Positions 11,931-23,900 of a stretch of 34,366 nucleotides of DNA are shown in pieces. Numbering within the stretch: position 1 is the stretch's first letter; each line of letters starts with the position of its first letter. The position numbers and the translations under genes are program-made. The notes beneath the pieces were generated by a model that made no database searches, was not told the origin of the DNA, and saw nothing but the letters and a program-made list of their open reading frames with translations. Origin of the DNA: Octopus bimaculoides (taxonomy: Eukaryota); NCBI RefSeq assembly GCF_001194135.2, contig NC_069005.1:14911799-14946164 (forward strand). The letters are read 5' to 3'.

Positions 11931-12359
11931 GAAGGGCATCCAGCTGTAGAAACTCTGCCAGATCAGATTGGAGGCTGGTGCAGATGTTAAACGATGATGA
12001 TGTTGATGATGATAGCAATGCCAGGTCCGCCCTACTGGCTCTGGTGCCAGTGGCACGTAAAAAGTACCAACCGATTGTGACCGATGTCAGTACCCTCTGA
12101 CTGGCTCCTGTGCCAGTGGCATGTAAAAAGCACCATCCAAATGTGACCGTTGCCAGGCCCGCCTTACTGGGTCTTGTGCTGGTGGCACGTAAAAAGCACA
12201 GACTACACTCTCGGAGTGGTTGACATTAGGAAGGGCATCCAGCTGTAGAAACTCTGCCAGATCAGATAGGAGCCTGGTGCAGCCGCTGGCTCTCCAGAGC
12301 TCAGTCAAATTGTCCAACCCATGCCAGCATGGAAAATGGATGTTAATCAATGATGATGA

Positions 12360-12401
<42 letters not shown>

Positions 12402-15400
12402 GTACATGTTGTGTGTGTGTGTATGTGTGTGTCTTTGCCCCCCTCTGCTGCTTGACAACCAGTATTGGTGTGTTTACATCCCTATAACTTAGCAGTTCGG
12501 CATTAGAGATTGATAGAATAAGTAATAGGCTTAAAAAAAAAGAAGTAGTGTGTGTGGTGTGGAGGTAATCCACTTGACTTTAAAATTCTTCACAGGTAGT
12601 GCCCCAACATAGCTGCAATCTAAGGACTGAAACAAGATAAAAGATATATACTAGCATTTATGATGCACATTTTTATTCTTAAATGCAACAAAAAACTAAC
12701 ATGCATCTAATGCAACTGTATTACAGATGCTATACTGAGCGTATGATGAAACATAACACTGACGATCAGCACAATTTGCTCAAAATCAGAAATCTGTTGG
12801 TCCTGTCATAGCGCTTAGAAGAAGGTATGGGTTCACTCCCCTGGTTGCAATATATATCAAGTACAGATTGCATCAATAACCAGTTGGAGGAGGCTCCTCC
12901 TAGGGTTAAGAACGGTACTAACATCAGTTCCTACAGAACAGCCATATTGAAGTGATGATAAACATTACTTCTCAGTATAGTTACTACTTTCATCGCTTAT
13001 AAAAGTTTTTGTTTTCCACAAAATATACAAGTAAAGTAGGGGGTGCATCTTATATACTGGCAAATACAGTATATAAGGAGAGTTTGTAAAATGTCAATAA
13101 GATTAATTGTTGTAAGGAGAAAGAAGTCTAAACATGGTTGATCTCATTTCCCTTCAAAAGAGGATGGGGGGTGGGAACAAAAAAAAAAAAAAGGTAATGT
13201 TAGAGCTGGCAGGTGTCTGTGAATTGATACCTTAGAGGTTTTACTATATCAGCTTTTAAATTTACTCTTTCACTTGTTTCAGTTTATGGACTACGGCCAT
13301 GCTGGGGCATCACCTTGAAGAGTTTTAGTCAGTCATATTGACCCTAGTGAGGATCCCCTTCTGTCATGAATGACCATGGAATTGTACCTTCTGAGGAACA
13401 ATTCCAGGCAAGGTTATTTATGGAAGACCAACAGTGACCCATGCATACCAGCTTCCCCATTCCACGTTATTATATGTACATAGGATAAAGAACCCCTTCA
13501 GTCATGAGTGACCATGGGATTGTGCCTAGAAAGTTCCCCTCCAGGACACAAGTCTGAGCAAGGCAGTTTTATGGAAGACCAGCAGTCACCCATGCATACC
13601 AGCCTCCCCTCTCCACACCACCAATGTTATACAAGGGTAAGGCTAAGGCTGATACAGCCTTCATACCAGTGACATTACAACTCATTTCTACAGATGAATG
13701 AACTGGAGCAATGTGAAATAAAGTGTCTTGTTCAAGAACACACACAGCCAGGACCAAGAATCAAACTCACTACCTCATTATTGTGAGTCTGACACTCTAG
13801 CCACTGAGCCATGCACCTTCACAATTGACCCTAGTACTTACTTTTTAAATCTTGCATTTGTTTTAGTGATCTCTATTTGATAAGTTACATCTTTTCAAAG
13901 GATATCAATACAAAGACACATACAAACAAGTACATGCACATACATGCACATGTACACACACACAACTTCCTTTCTTAAAAATAAGTACACACTGGCTGGA
14001 ACATCTTGGATTATTGATTTGCTCAACCAGCCCCAACATGATTAAACAACACCACCAACAAAAGTCAATTGGATTAGGTAATGAAGAAACTTCTACATGA
14101 TGGCACAACCTGCAAGAAATAAAAACAAAATCTCCCTCAAACTACACCCTATTGTATTTATCTAAAAAAATAAAAACAGCAACAAAAAAAACAACAAACA
14201 TTGCTTAATGTAGTCTAGACTGCATCATGTCCAGGAAAAAAAGATGAACAAGACTCTTTTGTGGTTAGAATACCTTCGATCATGTGTTTGTTCATTCAGG
14301 GTTGACTTGGGGCATTTTTATCTATGGACTCCTTTGATTACTATTTTACTCTGCTGGATTCCCACAGTCATTCGATGTTTAAAAACTAGTTTTATAGAAA
14401 CTTCTTCCAAAATTCTTATTTTGTTTTTCACACATTCACTTTATATAACTATATAAAACAAGTAAGAAACCTAGCTGTTTCTCACAGTAAATACATAAAA
14501 ACAAAATTTTTTCATGGACCCTTAATATACAACAGTGTGTACCCAATTTGTTTTGCTTGTGTGGACCCCAACATTTTATATGGACCCCAATTGAGGACCA
14601 CTGAGCTAAACTAACACCACCACTATGAATAATTATTTCACAGGTTTTCTTCATTTTACACCCCCCTACACAAAGCAGTCCATAATTTGTGCATAGACTT
14701 TCAAATCTGGGTCTTACCTCTTTACAGGTTGTCTCTTCTAGATCCTTTGACATCATTATTTCTTTCAACTTGACACTGATCTTGGTCTTCATGCCATTTG
14801 GGTCAAGTCTACAACAGAAATGAATGACAGACATTTTGATTGATAGATTGAACAATGATGGAGATGTGGATTCTACAAGCGGCAGACGGTTCTATTTTAA
14901 CAAAATAATTGGGTTTGTTTGTAAAAGGGTTAAATTAAATTTGTTCATCTGTCATGTTTGTAAAAGCATTCATTCAATTATGTTTGTATATAACAACAAT
15001 AATGAAATGAATCTGAGAAAAAATTATAATTTGATCTTGAGTTAAAGGGGGAGCAACACAGATATGTGACCCTGTAGACTGAACAGTTGAATGTTCAGCA
15101 ATTAAACCAACTTTTCTTATCCGACTCAGTTTACTGAACAAAGAAGAGGATTAAAAATAAAACCCATCAAAGGGAAGAAGAACTCACTAAGAAGCCATGG
15201 CCACCAGGTTAGCTAGTTATTGAAACAAGAAAATTGCCACAAAGTTGCATGATAGTAGTGTTAGATATGGCATGCAGACCATCATATAACTTGTCTGACA
15301 TGTGCATTGCATTTTTATTCTTCTCTTGTTTTACAAATCCAGTGTCACATGCACATTGTGTGTTCATCCTTCTCTTTCAGGTTCCTAGTCAAATCTGTTT

Positions 15401-17889
15401 ACAGATCACAACCACCTCATGAACCTGCGGTTGTGAAGAGTGCTTCATGCTCCGATGGTTATGAAAAGATACACATTGTTGTGTATCTACAGCCTCTTTA
15501 GGCTATGGTTTAAAGAACATAACGCATCATCATCATTTAGCATCCACTTTCCATGCTGGCATGGGTTGGATGGTATAATCAGAGCTGGCAAGCAGAAGAG
15601 CTGCACCCGATTCCAGTCTGATTTAGCTTGGCTTCTTCAGCTGGATGCCCTCCCTAACGCCAGCTACTTTACAGAGTGTGCTGGGTGCTTTTTACGTGGC
15701 ACTAATATTTCTGATATATATATATATTTGTGTGTATATATATATATATATATATATANNNNNNNNNNGTAATGTAACACAGCTAATTTGCTGTGGTAAT
15801 GAATCAAGACAATCAGATATGATAATGGAACTATATTTTAAATTTGCACTATTTATTAGCAGTGCTACCAGGAATATGAAACAAGAATATTTGGTTCCTC
15901 TTGGCTGAGAGTTTGATTTGTTTTTGGCCAGTTCCTATGAGTTCATCATCATCATCAACATTTAACATCCATTTTCTATGCTGGCATGTGTTGGACAGCT
16001 TGACAGGAACTGGCAAGGCCAGGGGCTGCACCAGGTTCCATAGTCTTTCAAACAGCTGGATGCCCTTCCTAACACCAACCACTTTACAGAGTGTACTGAG
16101 AGTTTACTGCCATGAGTAACAGTTGCAGCAATATTGTAGTGGAATGTCTTGCTGGGCTACTGTAGAGGATTCAGCTTTCCACATAGGTTCAGTACGCTTC
16201 ATCACAGAAGCAAATTGGGAAACTGAGCAAGGACCTATCATGACAGCCACACCATCCTCCAATATGGCTGGTCTCATATGTTCAGTTGTGCACACTTCAA
16301 GATATTGGTTTATAATATACACCTACTCAACTACCACAGTTGTGTGTGTGTGTGAGAGAGAGAGAGATCTTAAGTAGTTTACTGGAAAGGTGTGAATCTA
16401 CAGATATATAGCAAAAACAGATGTTACTAGATATGAAATGACAGAAGACAGAGAAATAACTGACAAAAAGTTCAGAACAGGATGGAGAGATGAGAAAGAC
16501 AAGCAGACATGTAGCATAGTATGCTGGAAGAGAGAATAGAGCAGAGCAGGATGGAGAGATGGAAATGACAAAACTGAAAGCTAGGAGTAACTTACTCAGG
16601 CTTCTCTGTTGAATAAGGTGAGTCAGCTGCAAAGGATTCAATGTCATCCATTTTGTTCCTGTAGGGGAAAACAGTGGGAAGAACTTTATGACAATCAAGG
16701 GATAAACATTTCACCAAAAATCCCCAATAATAATAAAAATAAATAGATATATACAATACAAAATAGCTCAACTATGGATAACGAAGAAGGTGAAGACCGT
16801 GCCAATTATTGTTGGGTCCTTGGGAACAGTATCAGAAGGCGTCAAGAGGAATATAAAGGAAATTGGAATAAAGTGCCCAATAGAACTGTTACAAAAGGTC
16901 TGCCTCCTTCACACGACCAGAATAATCAGGACGGTATTAGACAGTTAAAAAGAATAGATAGCATGGGACCATAAGCTGCAGGCAGCAAGCCTGCTATGCA
17001 TGCAAAACTCCAAAAATTCCAACAAAACCAGAGTTGTTAATAATAATAATAATAACAACAATAGAGCGCAAACCTCCACCAACGCAACACCAACATCCTG
17101 TCAATGATTAACCAGAGATGTTTTTTAAAATGAGAATATCTGAAATAAATTGACTGCTCTCACAAACGAGAATACTAAAAATGAATCTGATTGCTCCCAA
17201 TGGAAAAATAATCCATATATCTTGTCCGGTACATGATCGATCCAAATGGGAATCATGGAATGTGCAGGCTGTGTTTGTAATGCTGTGTGTGTCACCTGGG
17301 TAATGAAAATATTTGCAGGACTTGAATGCACACATGTTGATAAGTCTTCAGGAGTTACTATGTAAAAGTTTTGGAAACACTCATTGAAATATAACAGGAA
17401 CTTTGGTAGAGAAACATAATTGAACATAAAAATTATAATCGCAATGAAATGCATATTGTATCGTGGTCTTAAATTCCGGTCTTCCTTTAGTAATCCTCTG
17501 GTTTTAGATTTATGTAAAGAATTATGTATACATGTAAGTATACTGTAAAGTGTTAAAATGTATGTATAATCTCCTAATATAATAATGAGCGTTGTTTTTT
17601 TTATATATTTGTATATAAATATATATATATATTTGTATATATATCATCATCATCATCATCATCATCGTTTAACGTCCGCCTTCCATGCTAGCATGGGTTG
17701 GACGATTTGACTGAGGACTGGTGCAACCGGATGGCTACACCAGGCTCCAATCTAATTTGGCAGAGTTTCTACAGCTGGATGCCCTTCCTAATGCCAACCA
17801 CTCAGAGAGTGTAGTGGGTGCATTTACGTGTCACCTGCACAAAAACGGCCACACTCGAAATGGTGTCTTTTATGTGCCACCCGCACAAT

Positions 17890-17950
<61 letters not shown>

Positions 17951-20900
17951 TCTAAGTTTTGAATTGCTATTTACAAACAAACAACAACAAATTACTGACA
18001 GACGTATCTTCCTAAATTTCACTTCAATCCGTACAGGCTTGTGTTTTCCTGTTGCAATGGGACTGAACCTGGAACTATGTAGTTGGAAAACAAACTTCTT
18101 ACCACACAGCCATGGCTGCAAGCAGGTCTTTTACTTTTTTTTAAATCATTTAGTCAGGTAGAAAAACAGTGCTAATGTTCCTTTCCAGGACTCAGAAACT
18201 GTAGAGTGGTGGAAAGTATCCTCAAACTGGAGACCTAGGTGGACCAAATGCTTGCAAAAGAGTGGACTCCACCAAAGTTGCCCAAGGGCAAGGCAGTGGT
18301 GTTAGAAAGATCAGGTGACAGATTAGATAGAAGTGAACAATAAAGACATACAAGATTTTTGTAAAAGATTTCAATCACATAAATAGATCTTCATTAACAG
18401 TAACATGGTTCACCCTTTACAAAAACACCAAACCAGTTTCCATGACAAAATCAAGACAGTATACGGCCAACAGGTTACAAAAACTATGTAGTCTAACAAC
18501 ATAGAAGCAGATATCAAAGGTCATAGATAGAATTGTTAATATATGTTGCAGATCAAGAAACATCCATCATACACACAAGACATAGTTATGCAGTCAAGCA
18601 ATAACAAGATAGAAACAATTAGGTGGTGAGAAAGAGGCCATGTAAGTCAACGACTACATGAGTTTGTTTAAAAACAGGAGACAACTCCAGACAGCAAAAG
18701 CTACTCTTTGCCAAAGGCATCTAATAAGGCCAGGAGTTGTTTCCCATAATTGTCTAAATAATTCAAGAAAAAGGAGATAAGTGAAAGTGGTGGTGGTGCC
18801 ATTAATAAATGGTTGGCAAAGACATTGAGGACAAAACAGGACGATACAATGGGGTATAATATGAAAGAATGTATGAAATGGAGAATAACAGTAACAAACA
18901 AACAATGAATAATTCCTAAAAAGGTATGAGACTCAGAGAGTTACCTATGGAAACACCACAAAGCTGTGGTCACAAGACATAATTATGCAAGTACCCTCTC
19001 CTCATTGTCCTTCTTCGGTCTACAGGTGCATGCTCTGTGAAGGCCCATTCACTCACATCATGAAAAAGAGAGATAAAGAAATCTATTACTTACCATTCCT
19101 TTATACATGAGAGATCAGACGTTATTCTGGCCTTGTAATATCCAACCCATGTGTGAGTGAGGCCTTTGGGGATGTAGTCGTGAACATTGGCTGTGTTGAT
19201 AACTTTGTGTAAACTTTGCAGAGCTGACCTGGAACAAAACAGAGACAAGTTTAAAGACATCTATGGTGGTGAGTTACTGTCCTTTAAATGTATCCAGCTA
19301 TTAGAATAAGACTATTAAGGGCCCCATTCAAAGACCCCTTCAGGTGAACTGTACGAAAAGATGTGATTTGAGTAAAGCTAACCTATAAGAATAAATGTGA
19401 AATTCTGTCTGTCCATCAAGGATCTCTGTATCTCAGTCAACATTTGCTCTACATAGACATATTATACCTTTTTGGGGATCAGGATAATATTGGGATTGAA
19501 AATCAGGCCCTCATTTGGTTCTTGAACATCCAGCATTGGGATCAGGTTTGGATGAGGATTAGTTAAATGCTAACAGTTGAAAATTCAGATTTTAAAAGAA
19601 CTTGAAAAATTTGAGAACATACAAGCTTTTCATTTAAAATGAATTTAAAGTCATACCATATTGGTAGGGTACCAATAAATGCTTTATTATTATCGCTCCC
19701 TTTAGTTTTGGGTCACAGGCCTAATCAGCCCTCTGCAGGAGCTAGCTTAAAAGTCTGCACGGAGTGCAGCTTTTAAGCTAGTATAATATATAGCTAGTTA
19801 GAAAATCTCTATAAGAGATGAAATAACTATTCTGAGAAGTAATGTTTGTCGAGTGTTGGAAACAGAGGAAGCTCTGAATTGGATGCTGGCATTGTAGTGT
19901 GCCATCTCCAGTATTCAATCCTCAGAGGGAAGTTTGTGAAAAAGACATTGGAGTGGCAACAAACATTACTTCTCAATATAATATATGTTTTTAGGATGGC
20001 AAGCTGGCACAATCGCTAGCGCACTGGGCAAAACGCTTAGCATCATTTCATCCATCTTCAGGTTCTGAGTTCAAATTCTGGCACGGTTGACTTTGTCTTT
20101 CATCATTTGGGACCAATAAAATAAGTACCAGTTGAGTACTGGGGTTGATGCAATCAACTTGCCCTCTCCCAAAATTGCTGGCCTTGTGCTAAAATTTGAA
20201 ATCAATATAATATATGTGTTCACATAAGAATGTAGAAACTTCAAGAGATATGAAGTTATATTTCTAATGGCAAAACTAGAGGTAGAGAAAGCTATAAATA
20301 ACGGTCTCAAATTTTGGCACAAGGCCAGCAATTTTGTAGAGAGCAGGTGTTAGTTAATTGCATCAACCTCCAGTGCTCCACTGGTATTTATTTTATCAAC
20401 CCCAAACGGAATGAAAGGCAAAGTCGACTTCAGCAGAATTTGAACTCAGAATATAAAGCATCAGAAGAAATGTGGCTAAATATTTTGTCTAATGCAATAA
20501 TGATTCTGATAGCTTGCCAAATGTTTGCTGTTTACAGAAGACATGAAGATGTAGATGCGAGTACCATGAACAGCCTTCAAGGACTTTTTATCAATCCAAG
20601 AGTTTTCTTTTCACCTAATATTTTCCAGGCTGTTATCTATAGCTTTTATCTACTTTGAGTTTCATCAGTAAAAAAATAATTTGTGTGTGTGTGTGTGTGT
20701 CCACCCTTGTCTCAACAGCATGTGAGGTTGTAAATGAACATCACCATCACACACGTGGGGTCATTTACTTCAAGTTTTCCTTTGTAAAACATGTCTAGCC
20801 ATGGGAAAGTATTAACTTACTTGGAAACAGGTGAGGGGTTGGTGACATGAAGGGCATCCTTCATATCACAATAATTTGTCACAATAAATTCTAACGCATG

Positions 20901-23900
20901 GAAAAGTGGGTGTTAATGATGATCACACACACACACACACACACATATAAGTGCAGGCATGGCAGTGTGTTAAGAAGCTTGCTTCCCAACCACATGGTTC
21001 TGGGTTCAGTCTCACTGCATGGCACCTTAGGCAAGTGTCTTCTACTATTGCCTCAGACCAACCAAAGCCTTGTGAGTGAATTTGGTAGACGGAAACTAAA
21101 ACAAGCCTGGAAGGCTGTACAAGACTCTAGTCTGATTTGGCATGGCTTCAAAAGCTGGATGCCCTTTCGAATGCTAACCACTCCCAGGGTGTAATGGGTG
21201 CTTTTATGTGCCACCAGCACAGGTGTCATTTGGGAGACACCAGTATCTGCCATGACTATGATTTCATTTGGCTTCGTGGGTCTTCTTCTTAAGCACAGCA
21301 TAATGTCAAAGGTCTCACTCATTTATCATTGTCTCTGTGAGGCCCAACACTTGAAAGGTGCTTTTCATGTGCCACCAGTATCAGCCACCTTGCCTCCATG
21401 AGGCCCAACGCTCGAAAGGTGCTTTTTACATGCCATATATACATATACATATATATATTGTATTATATTATACTAGATAATATGTCTTGGAGTAGGTGCA
21501 AACGTGGTTGCGTGGTAAGAAGTTTGCTTTCCAACCACATGGTTCAAAGTCCAGTCCCATTGTGTGGAACCTTGGGCAAGTGTTTTCTACTATAGCCTTG
21601 GGTTGACCAAAGCCTTGTGAGTGGATTTGGTTGATGGAAACTGAAAGAAACCCATTATATATCATCATTATCATTTAACGTCCATCTTCTATGCTGGCAT
21701 GGGTGAGACAGTTTGACAGGAGCCAGCCAGGAAGAAGCCTGCACCAGACTTCTGTAACTGTTCTGGCATGGTTTTTACAGCTGGATACCCTTCATAACAC
21801 AAACCACCCAGCAGAGTGGACTGAGTGCTTTTTAGGTGGAACCTGCACTGACAGGGTCACCAAGTAACTTGGAGGAGATGATCTTGTGTCAGATGATGAA
21901 AGGTTATAGTGAGACAGAAACAGGTGTCTTGCTGTAGAAGAGGTACAAGGTTACCCGGCTGGAGGAGAGAGAGAGAGAGAAACTAGGAATGAAGACAGAA
22001 ACAGGTGCGCTGCTGCAAAGGAAATATGTGGTTACCCAACCTGAAAGAAGTGTAGGAAAAGGAGAGAGAGAGATAGTAGGAGACAGCAGGATAGTGATGG
22101 TAGCAAAGTGCTGGGCATACTCACAAGGGATGGATATCAGAATATAAATGGGATTGTTGAGTAAAGTAGGAGAGAGATATAGATGGTGGCAAGTGCCAAG
22201 GAATATCCTTGAGGTTCGAACTCCATAATATAAATGGCAGGATATTGTGAAGGAAGTGTGATCAAAGAGTGTGGAGGAGGGAGGAATGAGTAGCGAAAAC
22301 CTGGTTATATATAGAGTCAGCGGTGGGGGGAACTACTGGATAACAATGATACAGAGGACAGGGCAGTGAGACAGGATTGAGAGCTAGGCATATTGTATGA
22401 AGGAGGAAATGTGAGGAAGAGAGGAGATGTAGTTTGGTTTGTTGTAGAGTGTGTGAGAAATTTTCTTGTTAAGTGTGGGTGGGATATACAGCACTTTTAG
22501 AACTCAGTTTCGCTGACATAGATTTATATATATATATATATATATATANNNNNNNNNNNNNNNNNNNNNNNNNNNNNNNNNNNNNNNNNNNNNNNNNNNN
22601 NNNNNNNNNNNNNNNNNNNNNNNNNNNNNNNNNNNNNNNNNNNNNNNNAGGACAGAAACGAGTGTGCTGCCGTAAAGGAGATACATGGTTACCCAACTTG
22701 AGGGAAGAGCAAGAGAAGGAGAGAGAGTGTGGCAGACAGCAGGATAGAGATGGTGGCAAAGTGCCAAGTATACTCGTAAGAGATGGGGATCAGAATATAA
22801 ATGGGGTTCGTAGGTCATAATATAAGAGGCAGGACATTGCCAAAGAAGCATGTTTCAAGAGTGGGGAGGGGAATGCAGTGAGTGGTGAAAACCTGGGGAT
22901 ATGGGGTGGGAGTATACAGAGAAACAGGGTAGTGAGGACAGGATTGAGGAGTGAGAGGTAAGCATAATGTATGATGGAGGAAATGTGAGGAAGAGATGTA
23001 GTTTGGTTTGTTGGGGTAGGGTGTGTGAAAAGTTTTCTTGTTAAGTGTGGGTGGGACACACAACGCTTCTAGAACTCAGTTTCGCTGACATGGGTGGGTC
23101 TGCTCAAGAACTTCATATCACCAGGCATCTCAGTCTATTGTCATTTCCTGTGTGAGGCCCAACACCCTGACATCGGTCCTAACCACTTCATCCCACGTCT
23201 TCCAGGGTCTCCCTCTTCCACAGGTCCCATTTACTTTCAGTGATCAGCACTTCTCTATGCACCTGTCCTCATTCATATGCATCACATGTCCAAACCAACA
23301 TAGTCTTCTTTCTTGTATGCTACATTTGATCCCTCTTATGCTCAACTTTTCTCTCAATATATATATATTTATGTGTGTGTGTCACTGTGTCTGTGTATGC
23401 CCCTCCACCACTGCTTGACAACTGGTGTTGGTGTGTTTACATCCCTGTAACTTAGTGATTTGGCAGAGACCGATAGAATAAGTACTAAGCTTAACAAATA
23501 AATCCTGGGGTCAATTTGTTTGACTAAAAAACACTTCAAGGCACTGCTCCAGCATGGCTGCAGTCAAATGACTGAAACAAGTAAAAGAGAGAGAGAATAA
23601 TGTTTATTTTAGGTTTGGTTAACTATAAAAACAATGTATGTATGTATGCATGTGTGTGTGTGTGTGTGTCTATGTATGGATGGATGGATGTAAAAGAAAA
23701 GAAAATTCTACTTTCCATGGGTGTCAGTGCCTAATGGAGTTGTAGAGGCTCTGCCGTGACCAACATGCTTGAAACCTGGTACGACCCATCCCTATCTAGG
23801 TCTAAGCAAAGATGATTTGAAAGAGAGAGAGAGAGAGGGAGGGAGAGAGAGAGGGAGAGAGAGAGAGAGAGAGAGAGAGCAAAAGTTGATCCCAGCACTT

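Noticed and set aside
14809-14891. In-frame upstream extension of exon f (...VESTSPSLFNLSIK...)
   Set aside because: Its acceptor phase does not fit exon d or e, and a good acceptor lies at 14809-14810.
15381-15501. Plus-strand exon-like stretch (tctttcag|G FLVKSVYRSQPPHEP...) that looked like an inverted missing SSH exon
   Set aside because: The real exon was found in the correct orientation at 16596-16658, and this stretch has no suitable phase-2 donor.
16104-16322. 72-aa minus-strand ORF as an extra SSH exon
   Set aside because: It has no SSH similarity, it is not needed for frame, and I found no convincing splice-site pair.
17100-17500. Unique-looking, Cys-rich translatable stretch (possible retrocopy or zinc knuckle)
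   Set aside because: All frames are interrupted and no family was recognisable; a BLASTx search would be needed.
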